In this document: in pieces, positions 49,595 through 59,268 of the stretch
How positions within the stretch are numbered: the first letter of the stretch is position 1
How the letters are laid out: every line of letters starts with the position of its first letter
From: an uncultured delta proteobacterium
Lineage (GTDB): Bacteria; Desulfobacterota; Binatia; UBA9968
Length of the DNA stretch: 64,000 nt
Direction of reading: 5' to 3'
Assembly: GCA_963745035.1 (NCBI GenBank)
Contig: CAVUVW010000013.1
Span: 1,632,001-1,696,000, forward strand
The notes under the pieces: model-generated
What the model was told of the DNA's origin: nothing
What the model saw: the letters and a program-made list of their open reading frames with translations, nothing else
Database searches by the model: none
Program-made: the position numbers and the translations under genes

Positions 49595-50140
49595 TTACTC
49601 GTAAAGCTCGCCTTGTTTGTCTTCCAACCGGGCTTTTTCCTCGGGACCGACCACGTAAACCCCATCGACCTGTTTTATCTTGGTGATGTCGTAAAAATAC
49701 TCGGAGATCTCCAGACCATCGTCGAACTCGTACATCTTGATCGCGTCCCATGGGCAGATTTTCTTGTCCAAGCGGTCCTCGGATTCGGTGCCGATCAGTT
49801 GGAGCTGGATGCGCTTGGGCACCGCGTCGGGCGGCACGGGTTTTTTATTGCTGTCGAAAAAACGGTTGTTGTACTCGTAAAAAATCTCCCCGGTCTCTTT
49901 GTGCTGCTGGATCTTGGTGAGATCGTCGCTGTAGCACATCTGGCAGCCAATGCACTTGTCGTTGTCAACGAATACACGATACGGTTTGAGTCCGCCCTGG
50001 GGCAGCTCTTCGTAGAGCAAATTGATGCAGCCGTCCACCGGACAGTGCACTTCGCACAGCGGCGAGCCGGCGCAGCTCGAGCAGTTCTCGTTCATCACGG
50101 CCAGCAGGGCCGTGCCTTTGCGCTTTTTCGCTTCAGCCAT
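49595..50140 (-). CDS. 2x[4Fe-4S]-type ferredoxin with a large insertion
   Basis: CSSCAGSPLCEVHCP and CIGCQMC...ICPWDAI. Confidence 0.75.
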   Translation of the reverse strand: MAEAKKRKGTALLAVMNENCSSCAGSPLCEVHCPVDGCINLLYEELPQGGLKPYRVFVDNDKCIGCQMCYSDDLTKIQQHKETGEIFYEYNNRFFDSNKKPVPPDAVPKRIQLQLIGTESEDRLDKKICPWDAIKMYEFDDGLEISEYFYDITKIKQVDGVYVVGPEEKARLEDKQGELYE

Positions 50141-50954
50141 TCGCTTGCATCCTCGCTTTCTTAAACCGCGCCCGGAGCGCGAGCGCTATCGCCGCCGACA
50201 GCAAAATCCACCAATATCGAATGAGACCGATTCTGCCCCATTCCAGCCAGTAGACGAAATTGGGCGAGCGGGAATTGAGCTCGCCGAGCGCCCGCTGCGC
50301 TCCGGCGTAATCCCTCACTTCGCGCAGCGCCTGCGACAGACCGTAGAGCGCCCCGTCGTCGCGCGGATCGAGCTTGAGCGCCGCCTCGAAATCGGCCCGC
50401 GCCGCGCTCCATTTGCCCTGCTCGGCGAGAATCCAGCCGCGCGCGGTCATTGCCGCGGCGGAATTCGGTTTGAGCTCCAGCGCCTTGTTGAAATTGGCCA
50501 GCGCCGCGCCGAACTCGCCTTTGCGCTTATGCGCCACCGCCAGGTTGCTGTAGGCGTCGGGCAGCTCGGGGTGGAGCTCGATAATCTTTTTATATTCACC
50601 GATGGCGGCGTCAACGTCGCCGCGCACCTCCAATTCGATCCAAGCTAGGAAAGTTCTTGCGTCGATGTGTTTGGGGTCGAGCGCGATGGCCCGCTTGGCG
50701 GCCAGGATTGCGCCCTGCGGATCGCGCAAACGGAGCTTGGCCATTCCCAAAAACAGGTGCAGGTCCGCCTCGTTGGGGTACTCCTTGAGCAGCTCCTCAA
50801 AAATCGACTTTGCCTCGCCGGCCTTGCCTTGCGCCAACCCCTTGCGCGCTTGTTCCCATCGTTGATCGTTGGGCAATGAAGACTGGGTTTCTGCAGCGTT
50901 GGATAAACTAAGCCCGACGAGGAGGACGGCCGCGACGGCCAGCCACATCCTCAT
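50133..50954 (-). CDS. Exported TPR protein with C-terminal membrane anchor
   Basis: Signal peptide; TPR repeats (AIALDP, ALELKP, ALKLDP); YWWILLSAAIALAL followed by basic residues. Confidence 0.8.
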   Translation of the reverse strand: MRMWLAVAAVLLVGLSLSNAAETQSSLPNDQRWEQARKGLAQGKAGEAKSIFEELLKEYPNEADLHLFLGMAKLRLRDPQGAILAAKRAIALDPKHIDARTFLAWIELEVRGDVDAAIGEYKKIIELHPELPDAYSNLAVAHKRKGEFGAALANFNKALELKPNSAAAMTARGWILAEQGKWSAARADFEAALKLDPRDDGALYGLSQALREVRDYAGAQRALGELNSRSPNFVYWLEWGRIGLIRYWWILLSAAIALALRARFKKARMQANG

Positions 50955-50959
50955 CATTA

Positions 50960-51145
50960 CTATTTCCACATTTCATTGGAGATCTCGTCTTCTCTGCCTT
51001 CTTCAATCAGCTTGTCGTTTTTGAACGCTTGGCGCAGGCCCAGCCAGGAGAAGAAGATGACGAGAATCAGCATGCCGACAATCGGGATGTTATCGGGCTT
51101 GGTCACGATTTCGAGAAAATTTTGCCAACCGCTAGGCTCTTCCAT
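50960..51145 (-). CDS. Small single-TM protein with KPDNIPIV motif
   Basis: FLEIVTKPDNIPIVGMLILVIFFSWLGLRQAFKND; 5 nt from the TPR gene. Confidence 0.7.
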   Translation of the reverse strand: MEEPSGWQNFLEIVTKPDNIPIVGMLILVIFFSWLGLRQAFKNDKLIEEGREDEISNEMWK

Positions 51146-51287
51146 AAAAGTTAAGCACCCGTAAAATCAAGATAATTTAAAATTATTAAAAAGCCGTCCT
51201 AAAGTCAACGCAAGGTTCCTGCGACGATCGATGCTGGCCGATGGGGATCACGCACTGCGAAAAGCCACTTTCTATCCTCGGCCCTAA

Positions 51288-52868
51288 CTAATGCTGCTGA
51301 TGGTGCCCTCGGCCATGTTCGGTATGGCGGAAGATCAGTGACTTGATGACCACCGGCACCGCCTTGGCGTCGGGCAGCTCTTGGCCGATATCGATGAAAT
51401 CGAAATCTTTCAGATCGATGCCGTCGATGGAAACGATGCCGGCGCCGGGAACCAACTCACGCTCGATAATATTGCCCATCAGCTTGGCGATATCGGCGTC
51501 GAACACCAAAACCAGCGGCTGCCCGTTGTCGATATGCCCCTTCATCGCCGCGACCAGACCTTCGGCGAGCGTACGGATCAGCGGATACGACGGCCCAAGC
51601 TCCCAGCGGATCGCCAGGGCCACGGCCCGCTCGGTGTCGGTCGCGTCGAAGCGCTGCAGCGCCCGCTCCACCGCGGCGCTGATCTCGGCGGCGCTGATCG
51701 CCTCGGTCTGCTCGAAGGCGGGGGTGACGACTTGTAAATTGCGCAGCGGCAGCGACTCGGGGTGGGAAAGATAAATGGTATTGCCGCTCACTTGCACGGT
51801 GTACTGCGAGGCGCCGATCACGGTGGCGCGGATGCGCACTTCGGCCGGGCGCAGCGGAATGTTGCCGCCGCCCAGCTGATTCACCCGGGCGCGCACTTTC
51901 TTGCCGAACTGAACTCCCAGATCGCCCAAATTGCGTTTCTCGTAGCCGTAGATAAATTCCGACACGCCGCCGGAAAACATCACGGCATGGATCGGATCGG
52001 CGTAGTCGAGATTGGGAGTCAGCAGAAGATTCTCCACCTCGGGCGAAAGTTTCTTGCGCTCCAATACTTGAAACAGCGAATCGCACAGCGCCTGGGAAAA
52101 TTTGTCTTTGTCCTCGTCGCTCATGACGCCGCCGAGCGCGAGGTTGGAAATGCCGGCGATCTTGGCGATCTTGAGAGCGGTGTCTTCGAGACGGTTGATT
52201 TTGCCGTTCTCATCCATGGCGATGAGGCGCGCGCCGACCTCCACGGCGCAGGTGTCGATCACCTTGCCGCCTTGGACGATGGCGACCTTGCTGGTGCCGC
52301 CACCGACGTCGACGTTCATCACCGTGAAGTCGCCGCCTTCGTGGTAGGTCATGTGCACCGCGCCCGAGCCGTACGAAGCGAGGATCGCTTCCAGATTGTG
52401 GCCGGCGGTGGCGCACACGAACTTGCCCGCTTCGGCGGAAAAGATCGCGGCGATGGCTTCGGCATTTTTCTTTTTCGCGGCCTCGCCGGTGACGATGATC
52501 GCGCCGGTATCGATATCTTCCGGCGTGAGATTGGCCGTGCGGTAGGCCCCGTGGATGAAATCGCCCAGCTGATTGGTATCAATGGTCGTCTTGTCGACGT
52601 AGGGCGTCAAGAGAATCGACGACTCGTGAATGATCTCCCGGTTGATCACCACAAAACGGCTCGACAGCGCGACTCCCTGGCGGCGCAAGGTCAGGCGCGA
52701 GAAAATCAGGTGCGAGGTGGACGAGCCGATGTCGATGCCGACGGAGTTGAGGGTGATCCGCTCCGAGCGCCACATCGGGTGGTTTTCGTCGATGAGCTCC
52801 TCTTCGCCGTCGAAGTCATCCTCATGCCCTTCGTGCAAACGCAAAATGTCCGTGCCGAGATTATCCAT
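51288..52868 (-). CDS. EutA-like ASKHA ATPase (ethanolamine ammonia-lyase reactivase homologue)
   Basis: SVGIDIGSSTS, AIIVTGE, FVCATAGHNLE, NVDVGGGTS, FSGGV, IRATVIGA, DFIDIG, PVVIKSL. Confidence 0.88.
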   Translation of the reverse strand: MDNLGTDILRLHEGHEDDFDGEEELIDENHPMWRSERITLNSVGIDIGSSTSHLIFSRLTLRRQGVALSSRFVVINREIIHESSILLTPYVDKTTIDTNQLGDFIHGAYRTANLTPEDIDTGAIIVTGEAAKKKNAEAIAAIFSAEAGKFVCATAGHNLEAILASYGSGAVHMTYHEGGDFTVMNVDVGGGTSKVAIVQGGKVIDTCAVEVGARLIAMDENGKINRLEDTALKIAKIAGISNLALGGVMSDEDKDKFSQALCDSLFQVLERKKLSPEVENLLLTPNLDYADPIHAVMFSGGVSEFIYGYEKRNLGDLGVQFGKKVRARVNQLGGGNIPLRPAEVRIRATVIGASQYTVQVSGNTIYLSHPESLPLRNLQVVTPAFEQTEAISAAEISAAVERALQRFDATDTERAVALAIRWELGPSYPLIRTLAEGLVAAMKGHIDNGQPLVLVFDADIAKLMGNIIERELVPGAGIVSIDGIDLKDFDFIDIGQELPDAKAVPVVIKSLIFRHTEHGRGHHQQH

Positions 52869-53013
52869 GCCCGCCGTCGGTTCCTTTCTCGCTGACTTTC
52901 AGGTATCCAAGTTGCATAACACAAGACTTGCGCGCTTGCCACCGATGAAGCGCCGCGGCGGCGGGATAGACAAGCCAAAACATCGGCGATAATATGCGTG
53001 TATTCGTAAATTT

Positions 53014-56000
53014 ATGGGGCAAGAGGAATATCAAGAGCTGGCCTCGTTCCTGCGCCGCTTCCGCCGCCGCCTGAGGCTGCTGCGCGGGCTCGAAGGGCTG
53101 TGCCTGATCGCGATCTGCGGACTCCTGCTCTTCGCCCTCGGCGCCGGCATCTTCGAGCTTAAAGACTTCTTTCCCTACGCGCCGCTGGCCTACAGCGTTC
53201 TTACCGCCGCCGTCTTGATCGCCGTCATCGGCTGGTCGTTGTTTGGTTTTCTGCGCCGTCTGTCACAGGAGCGCGCGGCGCTCTACATCGAGCAAAAACA
53301 GCCCAAGCTACGCAACAACCTGATCAACTCGCTGCAGCTCTACCCGCAGATAGCCCAGGCGCAGAGCGCGCCCGGCTTTTCCGCGTCCATGGTCATGGCG
53401 CTGCTGCGCACCACTCGCAACCAGGTCGCCACCTTGAAAATCGACGAGCTGGTCGATGACCGCAGGCTCCGATCCAGCTTGCGCTTCCTCGGCTACCTGC
53501 TTCTGCCGGTATCGGCGCTGGTGCTGTTTCATCCGTCGTGGGTGGGCGGCACGATCAATATGTTGACCCGGCCGCTGGACCACCTGCCGCCGAGCCAGAC
53601 CACCATTGAAATCGAGCCCAAGGGCTTGCGCGTCGTGCGCGGCGCGCCGGTGACGATCCGGGCAGCTACCGCGGGCGCCCCGCCCGAGTCGCTGGAGCTG
53701 ATCACCTGGAGCGGCGCCAACGAGCGCGGCGAGCTCATCGGCGCCGAAAAGACGCCCATGGAAAATCTCGGCGACGGCAAGTTCAGCGCCAAAATCGCGC
53801 GCCTGGAAAAATCGCTGCGCTACCGCGCGGTCACCGGGCCGTTTGCCTCGGCGACCTACAGCGCCGAAGCCGTCGATGCCCCCGAGATCGCCAACGTGCA
53901 GCTCGCTCTCTATCCGCCGGCCTACACCGGTCTGGGCTCGGTTTCCGTGCCCGAAGGCAGCATCGAAGGACTTAAAGGCTCGAGCCTGCGCCTGGACGCC
54001 GTCGCCACCAAAGACGTGGCGAAAGCGGAAATCGTCATGGACGACGGCAAGAAAATCCCGCTCAAGATCGATGGGCGCAAGCTCCAGGCCAATTTCGTGC
54101 TCTTTCAGTCGCAGTCGTATCGTATCCTCGTCGAGGACGCCCACGGTTTTCGCAACGCGCCGATCACCTACGAGCTCAAGGTCAAACCGGACGGTTTTCC
54201 GACCGTCGATCTGCTCCAGCCCACCCAGGATTTGGAAATCAACGGCGACGAGATTCTGACCCTGGAGTACGGCGCGCGCGACGACTTCGGCATCGCCGAG
54301 GTTGCGCTGGTCGTCAAGATCGGCGAGCGCGAAGACAAGATCTCGCTGCAGAAAGAAGACGCCAAGCGGCTTATCCTGCGCGAGCAGTATAAATGGGACC
54401 TCGGGCGACTCGCTCTGAGGGAAAACGAAGAGGCGGTTTTCGTCCTGCAAGTTTTCGACAACGACACGATTTCGGGACCGAAGATCGGCACGTCGCGCTC
54501 GGTGCGCCTGAAGCTCAAGAATCTCAAAGGCGAGCACCAACAGGTGGCGGAGATGATCCGCGATTTGAACCATCGCATGGTCGATCTCCTGGGCGACCAC
54601 CTGGAAACGCCGCTGCCGGGCGACAAAACGCCCGCCAAGGAAACCGAGAACAAGTTGCAGCAAAACCTCGCCGAGGCGCTCAAACGTACGGACGAAGTCA
54701 TGAGCCGCGTCGAAAAAGACCGCATGTCCGATTTCGCGACTTGGAGCGACCTCGAGGCGCTCAAACGCAACCTGGAATTCACCAAGGACGATCTCCTGCG
54801 ACGGCAGGAGCAGGCGGCGAGCGCGGAAGAGAAGCTCAAGGCGCGCGACGACATTGCGACCGAATTGGAGCGCATGTCGCTCTTATCCGAAGACATCGGC
54901 AAGCGCATGAAGGCCCAGGAGCTGGCCTCCTCCGCGCAGGACCTCGCGCGCAGCCAGGAGCGCTTGATGGACGCGCTCGAAAAGCTCCAGAGCGGCGATA
55001 AAAATCTCGACGCGATCATGAAGCAGATCGGCGAGCTGTCAAAGACCCTCGACGCGCTCCAGCGCGCCGCCGCGGAGCTGTCACAGCAGATGCCGGAAGA
55101 TTTCATGAACGCCGAGACGATGAAGGGCCTGGGCTTCGACGACATGCAGCGCGCGCTGGACGAAATCCGCAAAAAACTTGCCCAGGGCGACCTCGAAGGC
55201 GCGCGCCAGCTCGCGCGCGAGCTGTTCAATCAGATGGCGCAAATGGTCGCCGCGCTGCAAAACGCCCAGCGTTCACAGATGGCTTCGAGCATGGGACGGA
55301 TGCAGGGGGAGATGCAGCGTCAGAGCAACGAGCTTCAGGAGATCGCCCGCGAGCAGCAGGAAATCCTGGTGAAGACCGAAGGTATCAACAATAGCGCGCT
55401 CACGGAGCACAACGCGGCGATTAAGAACAAGCTCGACGAATTCTTAAAGAAAGCGGTCGCGGAGCTCGGCCAGTTGACCGAATTATTTCCCGACCGGGAA
55501 GGGCCGGACGATCCGAGCCTGCTCACCAACATGGACGACGCCACGATGAACGCGCTGTTGCGTAACCTGATTGCCAAGCTGAGTAACAAGGATTTTCCCG
55601 GCTTTGGCGAAGGCGATGGTCTCACACGGAAAGAGCTCGCCAAAAAGCGCACCCCGGCCCAGGAACCGCGCGCTCAGCGCGCCGAGAAAAGCCTTGACGG
55701 CATCAAAGCGGATCTGGAGAAGCTCCTCGCCGCGCCGGCCCAGGCGCTCTCGGACGGCGACAAGAGAACTTTGCGCGATCTCGCGCACCGCCAGGACGTG
55801 CTCAAGGAGCGCACCGAAGAGCTGCACGAGAAGCTCGAATCGTTGTTTCAGCTCTTTCCCCAGCTCGATCCCAAGATCGTGCAAAACATCGGCGAGGCCG
55901 GAAAATTCATGGGCGGGGCGCAGAACCGTTTGGGCCAGCTCGACTCGCGCGGCGCGGTGCCGCCCGAGCAGAGCGCGCTCGACCGGCTGGCGCAGTCGCA

Positions 56001-56319
56001 GCAGCAGATGCAGCAATCGATGCAGCAGATGGCCCAGCGCGGCCAGCTGGGCAACATGCCGATGACCCGGCTTTACCGCCAGGGGCGGTTTTTGCCGTTC
56101 GGGTCGCTGACGCCGCTTCCCGGCATGCCGCAGTTTCCGGAGTTCAATATCGAAAGCGGCTTTACCGGCCTGGACACCGAAAAATTCCGCCTGCCCGGCA
56201 AGGACGAATACAAGGCGCCGCGCAATTTCCGCGAGGAGATTCTGGAATCTCTCAAGCAGGGCGTCCCGCCGCAGATGAAAGACCAGATCGAGCGCTATTT
56301 CAAAAATCTCTCCGAGTGA
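53014..56319 (+). CDS. DUF4175-like large membrane-anchored coiled-coil protein
   Basis: N-terminal TM helices, YPPAYTG and ARDDFGI Ig-like motifs, long Gln/Glu-rich helical region, ending IERYFKNL. Confidence 0.75.
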   Translation: MGQEEYQELASFLRRFRRRLRLLRGLEGLCLIAICGLLLFALGAGIFELKDFFPYAPLAYSVLTAAVLIAVIGWSLFGFLRRLSQERAALYIEQKQPKLRNNLINSLQLYPQIAQAQSAPGFSASMVMALLRTTRNQVATLKIDELVDDRRLRSSLRFLGYLLLPVSALVLFHPSWVGGTINMLTRPLDHLPPSQTTIEIEPKGLRVVRGAPVTIRAATAGAPPESLELITWSGANERGELIGAEKTPMENLGDGKFSAKIARLEKSLRYRAVTGPFASATYSAEAVDAPEIANVQLALYPPAYTGLGSVSVPEGSIEGLKGSSLRLDAVATKDVAKAEIVMDDGKKIPLKIDGRKLQANFVLFQSQSYRILVEDAHGFRNAPITYELKVKPDGFPTVDLLQPTQDLEINGDEILTLEYGARDDFGIAEVALVVKIGEREDKISLQKEDAKRLILREQYKWDLGRLALRENEEAVFVLQVFDNDTISGPKIGTSRSVRLKLKNLKGEHQQVAEMIRDLNHRMVDLLGDHLETPLPGDKTPAKETENKLQQNLAEALKRTDEVMSRVEKDRMSDFATWSDLEALKRNLEFTKDDLLRRQEQAASAEEKLKARDDIATELERMSLLSEDIGKRMKAQELASSAQDLARSQERLMDALEKLQSGDKNLDAIMKQIGELSKTLDALQRAAAELSQQMPEDFMNAETMKGLGFDDMQRALDEIRKKLAQGDLEGARQLARELFNQMAQMVAALQNAQRSQMASSMGRMQGEMQRQSNELQEIAREQQEILVKTEGINNSALTEHNAAIKNKLDEFLKKAVAELGQLTELFPDREGPDDPSLLTNMDDATMNALLRNLIAKLSNKDFPGFGEGDGLTRKELAKKRTPAQEPRAQRAEKSLDGIKADLEKLLAAPAQALSDGDKRTLRDLAHRQDVLKERTEELHEKLESLFQLFPQLDPKIVQNIGEAGKFMGGAQNRLGQLDSRGAVPPEQSALDRLAQSQQQMQQSMQQMAQRGQLGNMPMTRLYRQGRFLPFGSLTPLPGMPQFPEFNIESGFTGLDTEKFRLPGKDEYKAPRNFREEILESLKQGVPPQMKDQIERYFKNLSE

Positions 56320-56326
56320 TCTTCCG

Positions 56327-57913
56327 TTGATGTACCGATTGTCGTTTTTCTCCGCCGTTGTGCTTTGGCTTTTTCTGGCGGCTCAGGTCTTGGCGGGCGA
56401 AGCCGACAAGTTCAAGGCGGGCGAGGAGTGGCTCGACGCTTGGCGCATCGCCCAGGCCGAAGAGCTCGCCGCCCAAGCGCTCAAGGAAAACAGCAAATCG
56501 CCCGCCGCGCTGGACTTCGACGCGCGGGTGAAATTTTATCAGGGCCGCTACGGCGAAGCTTTGGCACTCCTCGACCGCGCCCTCGCCGTCGAATCGACCA
56601 ACCAGCGGCGCCAAGCGCTCAAGCTCTTCACCCAGCTCACCGTCGACGTGCACAAAAACCTGCGGCGCCACGAGAGCGCGCATTTCGTTTTGTTCCTCGA
56701 CGACAAGCGCGACGGTATCCTGGCCGCCCACGCCCTCGATACCTTGGAGAAAGCCTACCAGGCCGTCGGCGCCGAGCTCGGCTACTTCCCGAAGGAAAAA
56801 GTCCGGGTGGAGATCGCCCCGGACGCGCCGAGCTTCAACGCCATTTCGACCCTGTCGCTGCGCGATATCGAAGAGACCGGCGCCGTCGGCATCTGCAAGT
56901 TCAACAAGCTCATGATCATCTCGCCGCGCGCGTTGAGCTTCGGCTACCGCTGGCTCGACTCGCTGAGCCACGAGTACCTGCACTACGCCATCGTCGGCCT
57001 CACCAATAATCAGGCGCCGATCTGGCTCCACGAAGGCATGGCGCGATTTTATGAGACGCGCTGGCGCAAGGGCGCGCCGCAGGGCGATGCCGCCGAGGAC
57101 TATCTGACGCCGGCCAATCAGACCCTGCTGGTGCGCGCGCTGGGGAAAAATCAGTTTGTCGGCTTTAAAAAAATGGAGCCGTCGCTGATCCATCTCGACA
57201 CGCCGGAGCAAGTCCAGCTCGCCTACGCCGAAGCCGCTTCGGCCGTCGACTTCATCAACCAGAGCAAGGGCCAGAGCGGCATCCGCGACTTGCTCGCCGC
57301 GCTCAACGATAAACCTACGCCCGAAGCCATCGAGAAAATCTACGGCCTGTCGTTCGACGCCTTCGAGGGAAAGTGGAAAGACTTCCTCAAAGCCAAGGGC
57401 TTGAAGGAGATCGAAGGTAGCCGGGTGCGCCGGTTGAAGGTCAAGAAGGACCAGCGCGAAGACGAGGAAGTCGTCGAGCTGCGCGAGATCCAGTCGGCGG
57501 TGGCGCGCAACCGCACCCATCTCGCCGACCAGCTCCTCGCCCGCGGTCGCGGCGCGGCCGCGGTCAACGAATATCAGCGCGCGCTCGACGTAAGCCCCAA
57601 CTCGCCGGTGATCTTGAACAAGCTCGGGCGCGTAATGATCGGCCTGAATCGCTCGGAGGAGGCGCTGCCGCTCTTGAAGAAAGCCTTGGACGTCGATCCG
57701 GACAACGCCAACGCCTACGTGCAATTGGGCCGGGCCTATCACGCGACGAAAAATTTCAAAGAGACCCGCGTCGTGCTCGAAGAAGCTATCCACATCAACC
57801 CTTACAACCCGCTCATCTACCGTTTACTCGGCGATGCGTACGCCGCGCTCGGCGAGCATGAAAAGGCTCGTCTCGCCAAAGCTGCGCTCGATCGGCTCGG
57901 CGGCGCCTACTGA
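56327..57913 (+). CDS. Exported TPR protein with gluzincin (peptidase MA-like) domain
   Basis: Signal peptide; HEYLH...PIWLHEGMA..YE; LAYAEA; flanking TPRs. Confidence 0.85.
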   Translation: MMYRLSFFSAVVLWLFLAAQVLAGEADKFKAGEEWLDAWRIAQAEELAAQALKENSKSPAALDFDARVKFYQGRYGEALALLDRALAVESTNQRRQALKLFTQLTVDVHKNLRRHESAHFVLFLDDKRDGILAAHALDTLEKAYQAVGAELGYFPKEKVRVEIAPDAPSFNAISTLSLRDIEETGAVGICKFNKLMIISPRALSFGYRWLDSLSHEYLHYAIVGLTNNQAPIWLHEGMARFYETRWRKGAPQGDAAEDYLTPANQTLLVRALGKNQFVGFKKMEPSLIHLDTPEQVQLAYAEAASAVDFINQSKGQSGIRDLLAALNDKPTPEAIEKIYGLSFDAFEGKWKDFLKAKGLKEIEGSRVRRLKVKKDQREDEEVVELREIQSAVARNRTHLADQLLARGRGAAAVNEYQRALDVSPNSPVILNKLGRVMIGLNRSEEALPLLKKALDVDPDNANAYVQLGRAYHATKNFKETRVVLEEAIHINPYNPLIYRLLGDAYAALGEHEKARLAKAALDRLGGAY

Positions 57914-57931
57914 GCAATACGAAGGACAGTC

Positions 57932-58959
57932 ATGGAAGCCACAGAGATCCAGCAACAGGAGATCGCCGAGATCGAAGAGTTCGCGGCCAAGCGGGACCGG
58001 ATGCTCGACGAGATCCGCAAGGTCATCGTCGGCCAGGATCAGGTGATCGAGGAAGTCCTGATCGCGCTGTTCGCCCGCGGCCATTGCCTGCTTGTCGGCG
58101 TCCCCGGCCTGGCCAAAACCCTGTTGATCAGCACCCTGGCCGAAATCCTCGATCTCGATTTCAACCGGATTCAATTTACGCCGGATTTGATGCCGTCCGA
58201 CATCACCGGCACCGATATCTTGCAGGAGGACGCGGCCACCGGCCGGCGGACCTTTCAATTTCTGAAAGGTCCGATCTTCACCAACATTTTGCTCGCCGAC
58301 GAAATCAACCGCACGCCGCCCAAAACCCAGGCCGCGCTGCTGCAATCCATGCAGGAGTACAAGGTCACCGCCGGCGGCACGACTTTTCCTTTGGACTTGC
58401 CCTTCTTCGTGCTCGCGACCCAGAATCCCATCGAGCAGGAAGGCACCTATCCGCTGCCCGAAGCGCAGCTCGATCGCTTCATGTTCAACATCGAGATCCG
58501 CTACCCAACTTCGACGACGAAGTGCGGATCGTCATGCAGACGACATCGACCAACAAGCCCGCGCCGAAAAAAATCATGGACGGCTCGGCGATCCTGCGCT
58601 ACCAGGAGCTCGTCCGCAAAGTGCCGGTTTCGCCGTTCGTCGTTTCCTATGCGGTCGCCTGGCGCAGCGATCGCGGCCGCAAAACGGCGATGCGCTGCCA
58701 GTACGTCAAGGACTACGTCGAATGGGGCGCCGGGCCGCGCGCCTCGCAATATCTCATCCTCGGCGCCAAGGCGCGCACGATTCTCCAGGGCCGCTACGCA
58801 GTCGCCATCGAGGACATCCAGGCCCTCGCTCCGGCCGTGCTGCGCCACCGGATCGTGCCCAATTTCAAGGGACAAGGTGAAGGACTCACTTCCGTCGATA
58901 TCATCAAACGGCTTCTCAGCGACATTAAGCCCTCGACCGACGGCAAAGCCGCGCGCTAG
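57932..58959 (+). CDS. moxR: MoxR family AAA+ ATPase; frameshift at ~58505 plus compensating indels at ~58658/58701
   Basis: [49 protein letters not shown]; C-terminus ([14 protein letters not shown]) is in another frame ending at 58959. Confidence 0.92.
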
Positions 58960-59016
58960 ATTTTTCCGATCGCGAAGCTGAGCCGGCCCGGATGATTCAT
59001 CGTCCTGCGAACGGAA

Positions 59017-59253
59017 GGGTCGAGGATCGCAGATCGAGGATAAGAATGGCGATCCTCAATTCCCCCTTCTCGACCCGTGCCACGAAGCCTACGATTTAAA
59101 ACTCTCGTGAAACGAAGCACAATCCGAGCTATCGTCATAGCGGCCTGCTAGATTATCGAAAACGCCGGTGGTAGAGATTGGCGGAAGAACCGAAGAAGTC
59201 GAGGATGGAAGATCGAGGATGGAGGATGGCGATCCTCGATTCTCATCCTCGAC
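59017..59253. repeat. Two related GAGGATCG/GAGGATGG periodic hairpins in the moxR-DUF58 intergenic region
   Basis: Copy 1 59017-59076 (GGGTCGAG...CTCGACCC); copy 2 59198-59253 (GTCGAGGATG...CATCCTCGAC); shared core AGATCGAGGAT..ATGGCGATCCTC. Confidence 0.7.
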
Positions 59254-59268
59254 CTTGAACGCAAACGC

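Noticed and set aside
53308-57793. Long antisense ORFs (e.g. 53308-54663, 56300-57793; also 34326-35855)
   Set aside because: Shadow ORFs of high-GC coding strands with no motifs
59017-59253. Possible mini CRISPR array
   Set aside because: Only two degenerate copies, a ~120-bp spacer and no cas genes
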